64,000 bases of DNA from Octopus sinensis (GCF_006345805.1 NC_042999.1:69130001-69194000), one strand, 5' to 3'. Shown: positions 1 to 12,400, counted from the first letter of the stretch. Notes: generated from the letters alone by a model not told the origin. A program made the numbers and translations.

Positions 1-774
1 ACACACTAAGTTTTAATATTGTAGCTCACTTCTGCTGTTTACAGGAGTGCTTGGAAGGAAGGTGTGTAGCGTGTGATCATCGCATTGACCATGACAGTGT
101 GAGCAGAGAATCTGCATCAAATTTTGCAAAAAGCTTGGAGATACCTGCTCCGAGGCCTACACAAAGCTTTCAAAATGTTTTCATCATTCTTGATGCAATC
201 AAGATCTTGCGCAACTGAAACCTGAGTGTCAGCTGAAAGCAGTTTTGGCATAAACTTGGCAAACACACTTCTCATACCCAAATCTTCAGTGATAATGAGC
301 TGAACTGAACCATAACTAATCAGCATATCCTCTGATAACTCACAGATGGTGATTCAATGATTTCCCCTCGCAGCTGCTCGCACATCTGTGATGTTTTTCT
401 CAGTTCTGCTGGCTGCAGGTCTCTCAGAACATTCGTCAATATTGACATATTTTCAGCCATCTTGGAAACGTCTGAACCACTTGTACACTTGTGGGTGACT
501 CATACACTCCTCTCCATACACTTTCTTCAACTTTGCATAGGCTTCTGAGCAGGTATCGCTATGACAACGCTCTTTGTCATAGTATGTGATGATTACATGC
601 TACACACCTTCCTTCCAAGCACTGCTGTAAACAAGGGAAGTGAATTAGAACATTAAAACTTTGTGCGCATGCACAACAGAGTTCAAGGTCAATCTTTTCC
701 AAGCAACTTCACTCTGCGTGCTTTAGTTTCATTACTATGGCAACAGTCCGGATACTTATTGATCAGATCTCATA
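1..774. mobile_element. Non-autonomous mariner derivative built from two inverted 5' halves (foldback); left end runs off the window
   Basis: 1-100 is the reverse complement of about 575-665. The right end reads TATGAGATCTGATCAATAAGTATCCGGAC on the minus strand (mariner-type TIR ending at TA). Transposase N-terminal residues are on both strands: EQRICIKFCKKLGDTCSEAYTKL on + at about 102-170, and DTCSEAYAKLKKVYGEEC...ISYGSVQLIITEDLGMR on -. Confidence 0.85.
180..579 (-). pseudogene. Mariner transposase N-terminal (DNA-binding) fragment with stops and deletions
   Basis: ORF 117..326 ISYGSVQLIITEDLGMRSVFAKFMPKLL matches the mariner motif preceding WVPxxL. The upstream frame gives YKWFRRFQDG and TSRTEKNI-like sequence. 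No catalytic domain is present. Confidence 0.8.
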
Positions 775-799
775 TCTGGAGCAATCTGAAATGTATTTT

Positions 800-891
800 G
801 AAAAACACAATGTGCCACTCAGTCCAGGAATCGAATCCATGATTGCTACATCATGAGTGAAACACCCTAACCACTAGGCCATGCACCTTCA
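800..891 (-). mobile_element. tRNA-derived SINE head fragment
   Basis: Minus strand TGGCCTAGTGGTTAGGGTG (A box) and GGATTCGATTCC (B box). Confidence 0.6.
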
Positions 892-1133
892 ACTTTAAAG
901 ATAATCTGGAACTCGACTGATGAAAGAAAACTCCGAATGATCTGTCTTTGTTTTTTCTTGTCCCTTTTTTGTATTCTTTCATATATATATATAATTATAA
1001 CTTAGGGTATCTATAATTATAATTTTAATGATAATTATTACCTTTGAAGGTTTTTATTTCCATGCTAGCCACTTGATAATTTAAATCAACAATCTTATCC
1101 TTATTTATATAAATATATATCTATATATATATT

Positions 1134-4100
1134 TATACTGTCGCCGGCAACAGTATACACCTCACCTCGATGCTCCTACTGAACATCAGAGGACTGCTAA
1201 CACTCAGTAATAGGACAAAAATCCCGTTCTTGAGAGACTTTGTTGCATGCAATCAAGCCTTATGCATAGCACTTACGGAAACACACCTGAAACCGGACAT
1301 AGCAGATGCGGAAATACACATACCACAGTATGTTGTACTACGGACCGACAGAAAAGAAAGGAGTCATGGAGGAGTTGCTATGTACATCCGTGAGGACCTC
1401 ACAACCCAGGTCCTTTTGTCATACTCAAATTCGGTGTGTGACACACTAATTGTACATATACGGCAACTTGGTGTAGTTATATGTGCTACATATCGCCCTC
1501 CAGATGCCCCAAGCCATGTAGGCAAGTTTAAAGACTGCCTTATAAAAATAGAAGTTCTAGTCACATTAGAACAACACATAAGTGTACTTCTTATGGGAGA
1601 CTTCAATCTACCCAATGTCAGATGGCCCGAGGGCCTTTCTCTCCCAGGAATGACACGATGTGAACGAGGACAGGGAGGTCCCTCCTGAACCTCATCAACA
1701 CTCTGTACATGGAGCAAGTAATACTCCAACCAACCAGGGCAGGTAACATACTGGATCTCTGCTTCACAAATAATATGGATCTCATCCATAATGTGAAAGT
1801 GACGCCGACACTACTCTCGGATCACAACATGGTAGAGCTGACCATGTACGGGCCAAAGGAAAACATGGACATGCAGCCTACAAGAAACTCTCAGAATCTT
1901 TCCAGCTTGAACTTCCATAAGGCAAACTGGAAACAAATTGAGAAAGAGATCCTCAAACAAAACTGGCCTGAATGTCTATCCTCGCCAGACATCGACATGA
2001 AACTTCAACAATTCATGTCTGTAATGCAAGCCATATGCTACAAATGTGTCCCAGAGAGAAAGGCCAATGTACATAAGAGCAAAATCCCCAGAGAGAGGAA
2101 AATTCTAATGAGACAGCGTACAAAAGTTTCAAATCGCCTAAACAAACAAATTGAAAGCAATGAAAAGTCCCGCCTGAAAATAAAACTGTTGGAAATTGAA
2201 AAATGTCTGCAACTCTCCCATGAAAAAGAAAGAGCAGGCAAAGAAGCCTGGGCTATAGACAACATAAAATCTAACCCCAGAGCTTTCTACAGGTATGCCA
2301 AAGAAACAGCTACGGTGCACTGTAGGATAGGGCCACTCCTTGAAAAGGATGGCACACTCATAGGAAATCCAATGAGGGTAAGTGAAATACTAAATGAGCA
2401 ATTCAAGAGTATTTTCACTCCACCCCTAGGGCATTTTCAAGTCAGCAATCCAACTGACTTCTGATATAAAATCAGAGGCAGCGATGATTGATTACATCAA
2501 TATAAAGGAAGACGATGTAATAAAGGCTATTGATGAAATGAAAACAAACTCAGTTACTGGCCCCGATGGATTCCCAGCAATCCTTCTAAAAGTATGTAAG
2601 AGAGTCCTAGCAAGACCACTGCAGTTCCTCTTTCAGAGCTTCCTTGCAACTGGCAAACTTCCAAGAAAACTGAAGGTAAAATATGCCCTGTTCATAAAGG
2701 AGGTAGCAGAGCGGAGGCCAAGAACTACAGACCTATCTCTCTGACCTCACACATCAGCAAGGTCATGGAACGAATAGTCAGAAGGAAACTAATCACCTTC
2801 CTTGAAGAAAATGACTTGCTGCCTGACACCCAACATGGTTTCCGACCAGGAAGAAGCTACTTAACTCAGCTCCTACAACACTATGACTGGGTGCTGAAAC
2901 GACTGCAAAACCACTCAAATGTGGAAGTCATATATCTCGACTTTGCAAAGGCCTTTAATAAATTCGATCATGGAATGATATGTCACAAACTGCATGATCT
3001 TGGCATAGTTGGAAAATTGGGAGAATGGCTTCATGACTTTCTGAAGGATAGAAGTCAGGTGGTAGTAGCCAAATAGTGAGCGGTGTTCTGCAAGGCACTG
3101 TTCTGGGACCACTACTGTTCATAATGGCCCTCTCAGACATGCCCTCAGCCACGCAGAGAGCCACGATCACAAGTTATGCAGATGATACAAAAATTTCACA
3201 GACAATACAGAACCCTGAAGACGCTAAGCACCTGCAATGTGAGCTGGACAAAATATACAAGTGGGCTGAAAAGAATAGCATGCAGTTCAATGCTGAAAAG
3301 TTTCAAGCTTTATACTATCAGCATGCAAAACTAAATGCAATACCCAATAAATACGCTGGACCTGGAGAGATTGCAATCCCAGAGGCACAATCAGTGCGAG
3401 GCCTGGGTATTTACATGAGTGATGATGCAACCTTTCATGTGCATGTTGCTAAATTGGCAATGAAATGTAGGTGGCTGACCGGATGGATTCTTAGAACCTT
3501 TAGAACAAGAGACCAGGAAACCATGATGGTCCTCTGGAGGACACTTGTCCTAAGTCACTTTGACTATTGCTCTCAGCTATGGTCACCATCCAGTGTCAAG
3601 TTAATCACAGAACTTGAGGCGATCCAACGAAGCTACATGAAGAAGATAGCCTCTGTGCAGCATATAAGCTATTGGGAAAGACTCAAGAGATTGAGACTCT
3701 ATTCCTTAGAGCGTAGGCGAGAAAAATATGCCATAATATACATCTGGAAGACCTAGAAGGACTTGTCCCAGACTTTGGCATCAAGAGTTACACAAATGCC
3801 AGAACTGGGCGCCACTGCATAGTGCCGATGACTCCAAATTTGCCATCAAGATGTAGGACAAGATACTGTGATAGCCTGGGCTTCCGAGGCCCACAGCTCT
3901 TCAATATCCTCCCGAAGAACCTAAGAGACCTGCATGGGGTGGATGCAGATGTCTTTAAAATAAAACTGGATCTCTTCTTGTCAGGTGTCCCAGATGAATC
4001 AACTTCATGGCAGGAGGTGCAGATGAGGGCAGCTGCATCAAACTCTCTCATGCACCAGTTGGCATTTGCTAAAAAGCATTCGTGAAGTAAAATCATGTAG

Positions 4101-4172
4101 CAACACCAAATGGCGGTGCCCCAGCATGGCCACTGCTTGTGAGCTGAAACTAAATAAAAAAACAAAAAAAAA
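1134..4172 (+). mobile_element. CR1/L2-type non-LTR retrotransposon, ORF2-length copy, inactive
   Basis: APE endonuclease, linker, RT and C-terminal region are in order, followed by a short 3' UTR with a stem-loop and an A-rich tail running into (TA)/(TATG)n. No ORF1 is visible. Confidence 0.92.
1167..4085 (+). pseudogene. LINE ORF2 (APE endonuclease plus reverse transcriptase) broken by at least four frameshifts and stops
   Basis: EN motifs NIRGL, LTETHL, GGVAMY, YRPP, MGDFN, LDL, SDH (1170-1850). RT motifs GPDG, QHGFR, YLDFAKAF, QGTVLGPLLF, YADD (2484-3756). C-terminal LYSLERRR and FNILP. Successive ORFs 1170, 1709, 2484, 2765, 3076 and 3822 change frame. Confidence 0.93.
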
Positions 4173-4782
4173 TATATATATGTATGTATGTATGTATGCA
4201 TGTATATATTTTATAATCTTCCAGTACTGAAACACATGTAGTTCCTTCATAAATTGATAATTATAATTTTAACTAAAGTAGGAGATAATTAAGGAAGTAT
4301 ATTTTATACCCTGCTGGTGTACTGGTTATATCCTTTCAAGTATTATTTCGTGATGTGCACACAGATACCATGAGTTTACCTTCAGATATACTCATTAGGT
4401 TATCTTTTTTGTATTATCTGAAAGTGAATACCCGCATATCTGTTAATCCCCAAAACTGAATTATTATTGATTTCTATTATATATTTTGTATATTTCTAGA
4501 TTAATATAGAAATATATGATAAAGAAAACTCGAAGGTACGATATGCAGATGCATGTAATGCTGAAGGGTTGTACCTGATTGATTTGTAAATTCGTTTTTC
4601 CCAAATTATTTAAATTATATATATATATAAATGTATGTACATGTTTTCAATGTGTACGAATAACAAGGAAAAAAATAAATAAATATTACCAGAGTAGCAA
4701 TGCTTTTTTTCAAAACGTATATTGGAAGTATAAATAATTTGAATAACATCTGCATCTCACTCCATTCTTAATTTATCCATGT

Positions 4783-4803
4783 TATATATATCTATCTCTC
4801 TCC

Positions 4804-4857
<54 letters not shown>

Positions 4858-4944
4858 CTTATTATTATTCAAGCTACGGAAACATCACAAAAATATCACA
4901 GAAGCTGCTACTCAGAGTTTCACATTTATGTGCATACTTTGGTA

Positions 4945-5002
<58 letters not shown>

Positions 5003-5030
5003 ATATATAGCCATCTTTACGCTGTCAAGC
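4783..5030. repeat. Compound (CT)n/(TA)n/(GT)n microsatellites
   Basis: Read directly. Confidence 0.95.
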
Positions 5031-5305
5031 GGTTACTGTTTACATCTCGTTCAGAGATTTATTATTGCTATATATATAAATCTATATTCTTTTACTTGTT
5101 TCAGTCATTTGACTGCAGCCATGCTGGAGCACCACCTTAAAGGAGTTTTCAGTTAAAGAAATGAAGCCCGGACTTATTCTGTGTAAGCCCAGTACTTATT
5201 CTATCAGTCTCTTTTACCGAACTGCGAAATTACATGGACAGAAATACACCAAGATCAGTTGTCAAGCGATGGTGAGAGGACAAACACAGACACAAAGACA
5301 CACAC

Positions 5306-5362
<57 letters not shown>

Positions 5363-5437
5363 ACACACACACACATATACATAGGGAGATATACTTCTAT
5401 AGCAAGTGGCCTGATCTGAAATCGTGTGCTGAAACAA

Positions 5438-5692
5438 AAACAATTGCAGCGTGGAAGGTGTTTTTATAAGCCATTTAAAAGCACACAAAAACTGTTCCAA
5501 TATTTAAATTTAATTTGCCAAAATATTTTCATCGCTTTGAGACTGTGCAGCACAGAATTTTGTCAGTGAACAGGTCGCAATCTCAAAGCGACAAAAATAT
5601 TTTGATAAATTAAATTTAAATGTTGAAGTGAATCTAACGGTTTTTGTTTTTTTTTAAATGGCTTATAAATACCTTCCATGCTGCAATTGTTT
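5438..5692. mobile_element. Palindromic MITE, about 110-bp arms
   Basis: 5438-5547 and 5576-5692 are imperfect reverse complements (AAACAATTGCAGCGTGGAAGG... / ...CCTTCCATGCTGCAATTGTTT), inserted in a TA tract. Confidence 0.8.
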
Positions 5693-5759
5693 TATATATA
5701 TATATGTATCATTGGCGATTTTTTTTCCTCTGTCTTCCTTTTCTATTGGACTTTCCTCT

Positions 5760-5794
5760 GTTTCTGAAGAAGAGCTTTGCTCAAAACGTAAAAC
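5760..5794 (+). ncRNA. Minimal type I hammerhead ribozyme motif (Penelope/retrozyme type), G12 mutated
   Basis: GUUU-CUGAAGA-A-GAGC(UUU)GCUC-AAAAC-GUA-AAAC: stem I GUUU/AAAC, perfect stem II, palindromic ACGU stem III. GAAA reads AAAA, consistent with CpG decay. Confidence 0.7.
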
Positions 5795-6248
5795 CACCTC
5801 TCTTTCTTTCTTTGGGCATCTGCTAATACTGTACATGTACCATGTCCGTGCATTGTTGGTTCTTTGTGTGTTTGTTCTTCGGGTTTCTTTTAGTTTCCAT
5901 CTACCATATCCACTCACAAGGCTTTGGTTGGCCTGAGTCTACAGTAGAAAACACTGGCCCAAGGTGCCATGCAGTGGGACTGAACCCAGAGCCATGTGGT
6001 TGGGAAGCTGGCTTGTTACCACACAGCCACACCTGCACCTATACATATATGGTCAGGTTTTGACATTTCTAATTCAATAGGTCATTATTAGCTTCATCAA
6101 AAGTAGTTGTAATGTTCCCAGAAATTCTATTAAAGACATCTAAATTCTCAAGTATTTGGTAAACAGACATTTTGGAACCAATAGATGTCATAGCATCACT
6201 ATATGTGCTTCCCTGCTTCAACATGGATTGTCTGTGTGTTCATGGGTA

Positions 6249-6252
<4 letters not shown>

Positions 6253-6336
<84 letters not shown>

Positions 6337-7106
6337 TGTGTGTGAATGTGTGTGAGGAATAGCAGCGTGTTTGGTGATGCTTAACATAATATCATGTGAC
6401 TCAGCAGTCTGGTTTTGCTGTGTATTTGTAAGCTTACTACTAAATTGTCATCGTCATCATCATCATCATCATATCATCACCATCATTACCACCACCACCA
6501 CCACCACAACCACCACTATCACCATCATTACCATCATCACCATTACTATCATCGTCATCACCATCACCATCATTACCATCATGGTCATTGTCATCGTCGT
6601 AGTCATCTTCATCATCATCGTCATCATTGTCATCATCATCAACACAGTGAATTACCACTGCCACCAACGCCAACACTACAGACATTTCATAATGGATGGA
6701 CATGCTAGAAATAGCAGACTGCTCTCTCTCAAATCACACTCTATTTTTTTGTTGCTTTCTTTTTCTTCCCCAAGAGACATATTCAATGATTCAATGATGC
6801 TGTCTGATATAAACTAAGAAAAGAGTGGGTGGTCTAGACCGGAATGTCTTTGATCAGACATCCATTGAATCAGCTCTGTTCTGGAGATCTGAAACTAAGT
6901 AACCATATCAATACTTTGAAGAACACAAACAAAAGGGTTTTTTTTTTGCACATTTACAATGTTATCACTACCACCACCACCACAGCTGCTATCACTACAA
7001 CCACCACCACCACCACCACCACCACCACCACCACCATCACTACAATGACTATCACTACCACTACCATCACATGCATCATCATCATTACCACCTCCACCAC
7101 CACCAT
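6253..7106. repeat. (GT)n, (CAT/CAC)n and (CAC/CAT)n microsatellite blocks
   Basis: 6253-6350 (GT)n; 6446-6665 and 6960-7106 trinucleotide tracts. Confidence 0.95.
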
Positions 7107-7776
7107 TTCATGTCCAGCTTCCATGCTGTTATGTGTTGCACTGGTCATCCTGATTTGAGTCAGTTTGTCTGAGTTACTGCCCTCTTGGTTCTGGTCAACA
7201 CAACCAAGCCTCACTAACATTTTATTTTGATATAGTATCTACAGCTGGATGCCCTTCCTAAAACCAACTACTTCACAGGATTTAGTGCGTACATTTTATT
7301 CTAGCACCAGCACCAGAGAAGTCATCATGTCCTCAACAAGATAAGACTAGACTCTCTTCAACCCTAACAATGTCTCTGTCCATTTGCTATTCATACTCTG
7401 TGAGACAGAAAATGATCTTTTATTGACATTCATTGAGGATCATTATAATATTATATAGATATTACATAACATTTTAAATATTGTACAAATCATCATCATC
7501 GTCGTTTAACATCCGCTTTCCATGCTAGAATGGGTGGGACAGTTTCACAAGAGCTGGCCAAGCAGAAGCCTGCACCAGACTTCTACAAATATTGTATAAT
7601 ATTACATTTATATGTACAAATATTTGTTCTGTATAAAGATAATGCAACAAAATGTCCCCCTGACGAAGTGTTGTGGTTCGGCAACCAATTGCACTTGAAT
7701 CAGCCACTGCAGAGGATGCAAATAACCACAAAGATGAAACATATGTAGATAAACAATACCTGTCTGTCTGTATCTC

Positions 7777-7807
<31 letters not shown>

Positions 7808-7819
7808 CTCTCATTATCA

Positions 7820-8230
7820 TCATCATCATCGTTTAACGTCCATTTTCCATATTGGCATGGGTTGGGTGGTTTGACTGGGGCCTGGGAAGCCAGGAGGCTG
7901 CACCAGGCCCCAATCTGATCTGACAGTGTTTCTACAGCTGGATGCTCTTCCTAAGGCCAACCACTCCGAGAGTGTAGTGAATGCTTTTTACATGCCACCG
8001 GCATGGAAGCCAGTCAAAGCAGCACTGGCATCAGCCCCATTCAGATGGTGTTTTTTACATGCTACCAGCACGGGGTCACATCTACAATTTCCATTTGATT
8101 TGATTTTGATATTCATGTTGATGTACTTGACTCAATAGGTCTCCTCAAGCACGGCATGTCGCCTTACGATTCAAGATACTTTTGAGTGGACTGGTTATGC
8201 AACACTTGTGTAGGTTACAGCTGTGAACTC
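7820..8230 (-). mobile_element. RTE LINE 3' end ('family A')
   Basis: Starts with the reverse complement of the ...GGACGTTAAACGATGATGAT tail. Same sequence as the 3' UTR that follows the RTE ORF at 58194-59105. Confidence 0.85.
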
Positions 8231-8524
8231 ACTTTATTTGCCAGGTCTTCTCAGTCACAGCATACCTCCAGAGGTCTCGGTCTCTATATATATATTTATA
8301 TATCAAGTGGAGACAAAGTTGAGAGGACCCTTTAGTCTTGCTGAGGGTAAGACTACTTCTCTAATGCTTGAGCCACAAAAATATGTACCTACTACTCTGT
8401 GTAAAATTATTAATATTAGAAAGGGCTTGAAGCCATAAAAGAAACAAAACTAAGACATTGGAGCATGACAGGGTCCTCTGATTTATCAGATTCTATTAGA
8501 CTATACAACCCATGCCAGCATGGA

Positions 8525-8740
8525 AAGTTTGAGGTAAATGGCCAGCAAAAGAAAGGTTGACTGAGGAAAATGTGGAAGAGACAGGTGGAGGAGGAGATTG
8601 GGAGGGTTGGCTAGAGAAGGGAGGATGCCCAAAACCGAGCAAGATGGAAAGATGGTGTGAGGGCAGTTGCTATGGCATTGAAGTAGATCCAGCTGTCTCT
8701 GTTAACGAGGACAAAACCTGGATTCAAAATGATGGATGAT
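8525..8740 (+). pseudogene. RTE-clade LINE ORF C-terminal fragment, older or different subfamily
   Basis: Translates to KKG*LRKMWKRQVEEEIGRVG*RREDAQNRARWKDGV, the typical RTE GRPxxxW...DA.DR..W end. Confidence 0.7.
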
Positions 8741-8759
8741 TACATATATATATATATGT

Positions 8760-8905
8760 ATACTAGCAAGGTATCTGGTATTGCCTGGGGAAACAGACAA
8801 CTCAATTTGTTGAACCAGAAGCCTGGTAATTCTACATAAATGTATTATGTGAAACATGTATGTACATTCTTATTAACAGAAACATGAAATTAAAAATGAA
8901 AAATA
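8760..8905 (+). mobile_element. Possible non-autonomous Helitron-like element end
   Basis: TATACTAGC...TATCTGGTATTGCCTGGG resembles TATACTAGCAGAGATACCCGGCGTTGC at 45960. Helitron assignment is from recalled end motifs only. Confidence 0.35.
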
Positions 8906-9944
8906 ACTATTATCTGTGATATAACATAGACAAATGATTCTCAGCAAAGACTTTTATGATAAGTGATGTTCTTAATTCTTCCTGCCATGAGCATCGGCAA
9001 AGTTTGCTTTGGCTTCCTACGTGACTGACATTTAAAGAAAGAAACAAACAAATAATTAATGTTAATGATAGAAATTTGTAACAGCAAACGAATAAAGCAT
9101 TTAATAGTTTGTTGGTTTTTTTTAACTAAATAGAGATCAGTTCCCACTGTTGATACACACAAAGGTAAAGAAATATTTGTAGCAAATGACAATGGAAATG
9201 TCATAAAAGGAATTATCTTTTGAATTTTGAAAGAAAATAATTGAGTAAAAGCTTTTCAGCGAATAACTCTCTTGTATTATTTACGGTACTAATTTTGAAA
9301 GAGATATCCTAATGAACCAAAAATATTCTGAGCTTTGAAGTAAATACATTGATGTGTGGATGAAAATATCTCTAGTGACAGAATTGAGTGAGTGTCCAAG
9401 AAAAAGAATGGAAGAAGTAATAGATGAAAATGAGTAGCTATTATGGCAGCATAACAAATGTTTAGTACTGAATTCAAACATGTATATCATATATAGATAC
9501 AAATTGATGATGTTGAAATATCTAGTTTGTGATGCTCAATAATGATATATATCTATATCTATCTATAGCGTACTTTTTGTGGCGCTCATTCTGTAATTTT
9601 TGAGCAAATCAGGCAAACAAACTATATTACCAAATATGCATTGTGATATATTAAGATATACATTGAGAACTACAGAGGAGTAATTGAAAGAGTGAGAGTA
9701 ATATACAGCTACATGATGGTTGTTGATAATGAGATTGAATAGAAAAAGTGTGAGTATAGAAGGCATATGAGTGAAACATTATACTTTTCCAATGAATATA
9801 TGTTTGGCTTAGAATTTTCTAAGGCTGCATAAAGGCAGAAAAAAAAATACAAGATGATGGAAGAGGGGGGGGGGGTAATTGAATAGAGGGATGAGGGTGG
9901 GAGAATGCTTTTATATGTCAATAAAAAAAAAGTGAGTTCAGAGC

Positions 9945-10400
9945 CGTATCGTACACCAGTTTCGCATAACCAGCCCCAGCCCATTCAAAGGTACCTTGGA
10001 TCGTAGGGCGACCTGTGTGCTTGAGGAGACCTATTGAGTCAAGTACAAAATGAAAATCAGTGGAAACTGTAGTTGTGATCATTGTGCCATTGGCACATAA
10101 AAAGTACCGTCTGAACGTGGCCAATGCCAGAGACGCCTCGACTGGCTCTCATGCCAGTGGCACGTAAAAAGCACCAAGCGATTTTGGCCATTGCCAGCCT
10201 CCTCTGGCCCCTGAGCCAGTGGCACGTAAAAAGCACCCACTACACTTACATAGTGGTTGGTGTTAGGAAGGGCAACCAGCTGTAGAAACACTGCCAGATC
10301 ATACTGGAGCCTGGTGCAGCCTCCTGGCTTCCCAGACCCCAGTCGAACTGTCCAACCCATGCTAGCATGGAAAACGGACGTTAAACAATGATGATGATGA
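9945..10400 (+). mobile_element. RTE LINE 3' UTR and tail
   Basis: GGCACGTAAAAAGCACC repeats, AGGAAGGGC-A-CCAGCTGTAG motif, (GAT)n tail. Confidence 0.85.
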
Positions 10401-11159
10401 TGATGAATGTGTGCTAGCAGAAGGAGTAATGTTAAAGTGAGAGTGATGGACAGCAATAAAGATAGGGGGAAGAGCAAGAGAGTGAGGGATGTTAATAAGC
10501 GATAAAGAATAGGAAGAGAGAGATAGAGTGTATATAAGATGATTGGTCACAGGTAGACTTAACACATGAAATGTAACAGATGAAAGAGAACCAAATATAG
10601 ATATTATATATTTCAACCTCCATCATCATCAACATCATTTCATATCTGTTATCTTTTTTTTCATGGAGCTGGGTGAGTTTTCTCCAGCAGTTTGCTGGTA
10701 GTCATGGTCTTTCATCTTCTGTGAGATTCAGTATCTTGTATCTTAAGATTAATCGTTATTATTTTGTTGCATTTTGAGGTGGAGGTCATTACGCCCATAA
10801 TAATCACATGCACTAGTTCTATGTGCCTCTTGCTTTATCATTAGTAATCAATTATTTGTAGCTGGGCGCTCGTCAGAGTCCTTTTGTCATCAATGTTATT
10901 CCTTCACTACTGCAGGTTTGCAGGACAAAATTAACTGATTGATTGATTGACCAAAAAATTAATCAAACAATAAATTAGTCATTCATTTAAATGGTTAACC
11001 AATCGATTAATGATAATAAAAGAAGTGAATAGGATCAGTGCTTGTGTCCATTATTGGCATAATGACCCTCCCAACAAAATCTGTTTCAACACATAGCTTC
11101 ACATCAAGAATCTTACAAACAATATATATAAAGACAAAATAGTCTTTACTACTTTTTTC

Positions 11160-11840
11160 AAATTCTTCTTACCCTTCTCTGTCTAGGTCTTGTGTTCACT
11201 TCGAACCCCCACCACTTCTTTTTACAGCTGTCCTCATCACATATCCATACCAGTGTAGTCTTCTCTTTTGCACACAACATAGAATTCCTCTCATATCCAA
11301 TTTCGCTTTCAGCTCATTTAAACTCTGCTCTTCACTAACAATACATTAACATTACACACACAGCAAAGCATATTTGCCTCACTTTTTTCCAGTCTCTACA
11401 AATCTTTTACATCCAAGGCCTCATTGCTTCAATACCATGCAGCATTGCACTTCCTACACAAGTTTCATACAATCTGTAGTTCTCTCTGAAAGAGAAACTT
11501 TTTATAAACAGCAAAGTTAAAGCTTCCTGAACTTGTTTCACCCATTCTTGCTCTGGCATCTCTGCTTTTCGAACACCCAACTTCATTGTTATTTAGGTCA
11601 CTTTAGGTAGCAAAAGTACTTCTAATGAGGCCTTCCAGGCAGTTAAAGGTATTTATTTCTCATGTGCTGTTACTACTAGCTACCTCTATATATCTGTCGT
11701 ATATGATGTCTACCTTTATCTGCCTGTATAATGTTACATCTAATAGTTTGCATTAGGTTTATCATATCAAAATGCTATCTACTCCCTTGCCGCATGTCAA
11801 CCATAAAACATGTCTCAGACAGCTGTAGAGTTCTGTCCTC
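11160..11840 (-). pseudogene. Degenerate RTE reverse transcriptase C-terminal fragment
   Basis: Minus-strand frames give YETCVGSAMLHG and WM/LDVKDL*RLEKSEANML, homologous to AMLHGSETW of 40650-41090 and 58194-58566. Confidence 0.7.
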
Positions 11841-11859
11841 TTTCTTCATCATAATCATC

Positions 11860-12400
11860 ATCATGGTCGTCGTTTAACGTCTGTTTTCCATGCTGGCATG
11901 GGTTGGACGGTTTGACTGGGGACTGGCAAGCCAGGAGGCTGCACCGGGCTCCAATCAAATCTGGCAATGTTTCTACAGCTGGATGCCCTTTCTAACATCA
12001 ACCACTCTGAGAGCATGGTGGGTACTTTTTACGTGCCACTGGCACGGGAGCCAGTCCAGCGGCACTGGCATCTGTCACATTTGGATCGTTCCTTTTTACG
12101 TGATACAGACACAGGAGCCAGTCGGGGTGAGCGGGTGCCGGCATCGACCACATTCGGATGGTGCTTTTTACATGTCACCGGCACGAGGAGCCTGTCAGGT
12201 GACACTGGCAACGACCCACACATGCATGGTACTTACTGTATGCCACCAGCACAGGAGCCAGTCAGGTGGCACTGGCATCGGCCACAACTACAGTTTCCAT
12301 TCGATTGTGATTTGATTTTTGATTTTTGATTTTGATTTTACTTGACTCAATAGGTCGCCTCAAGTACAGCGTGTCACCCAACAATTCAAAGGTACTTCCT
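11860..12400 (-). mobile_element. RTE LINE 3' UTR with about four 66-bp repeat units
   Basis: Tail plus GGTGCTTTTTACGTGCCAC-type units. Confidence 0.85.

Larger units (their letters stand above)
5090..6045 (-). mobile_element. tRNA-derived SINE 'family B' (CR1/L2-like tail), split by two nested insertions
   Basis: 3' half at about 5090-5385 (reverse complement of GGTGCTCCAGCATGGC...TGACTGAAACAAGT) and 5' half at about 5885-6045 (GTGGCTGTGTGG...GGTTCAGTCCC...CCTTGGGC). A MITE and a hammerhead element lie between them. Confidence 0.85.

Noticed and set aside
911-950. Hammerhead-like CTGATGA-A-AGAAAACTCC-GAAT
   Set aside because: GAAA reads GAAU, stem II has a mismatch and no stem I partner is present. 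It may be an eroded PLE end but is not supportable.
1167-4085. Active LINE or host RT gene
   Set aside because: Multiple frameshifts, stops and a deletion before the QG motif.
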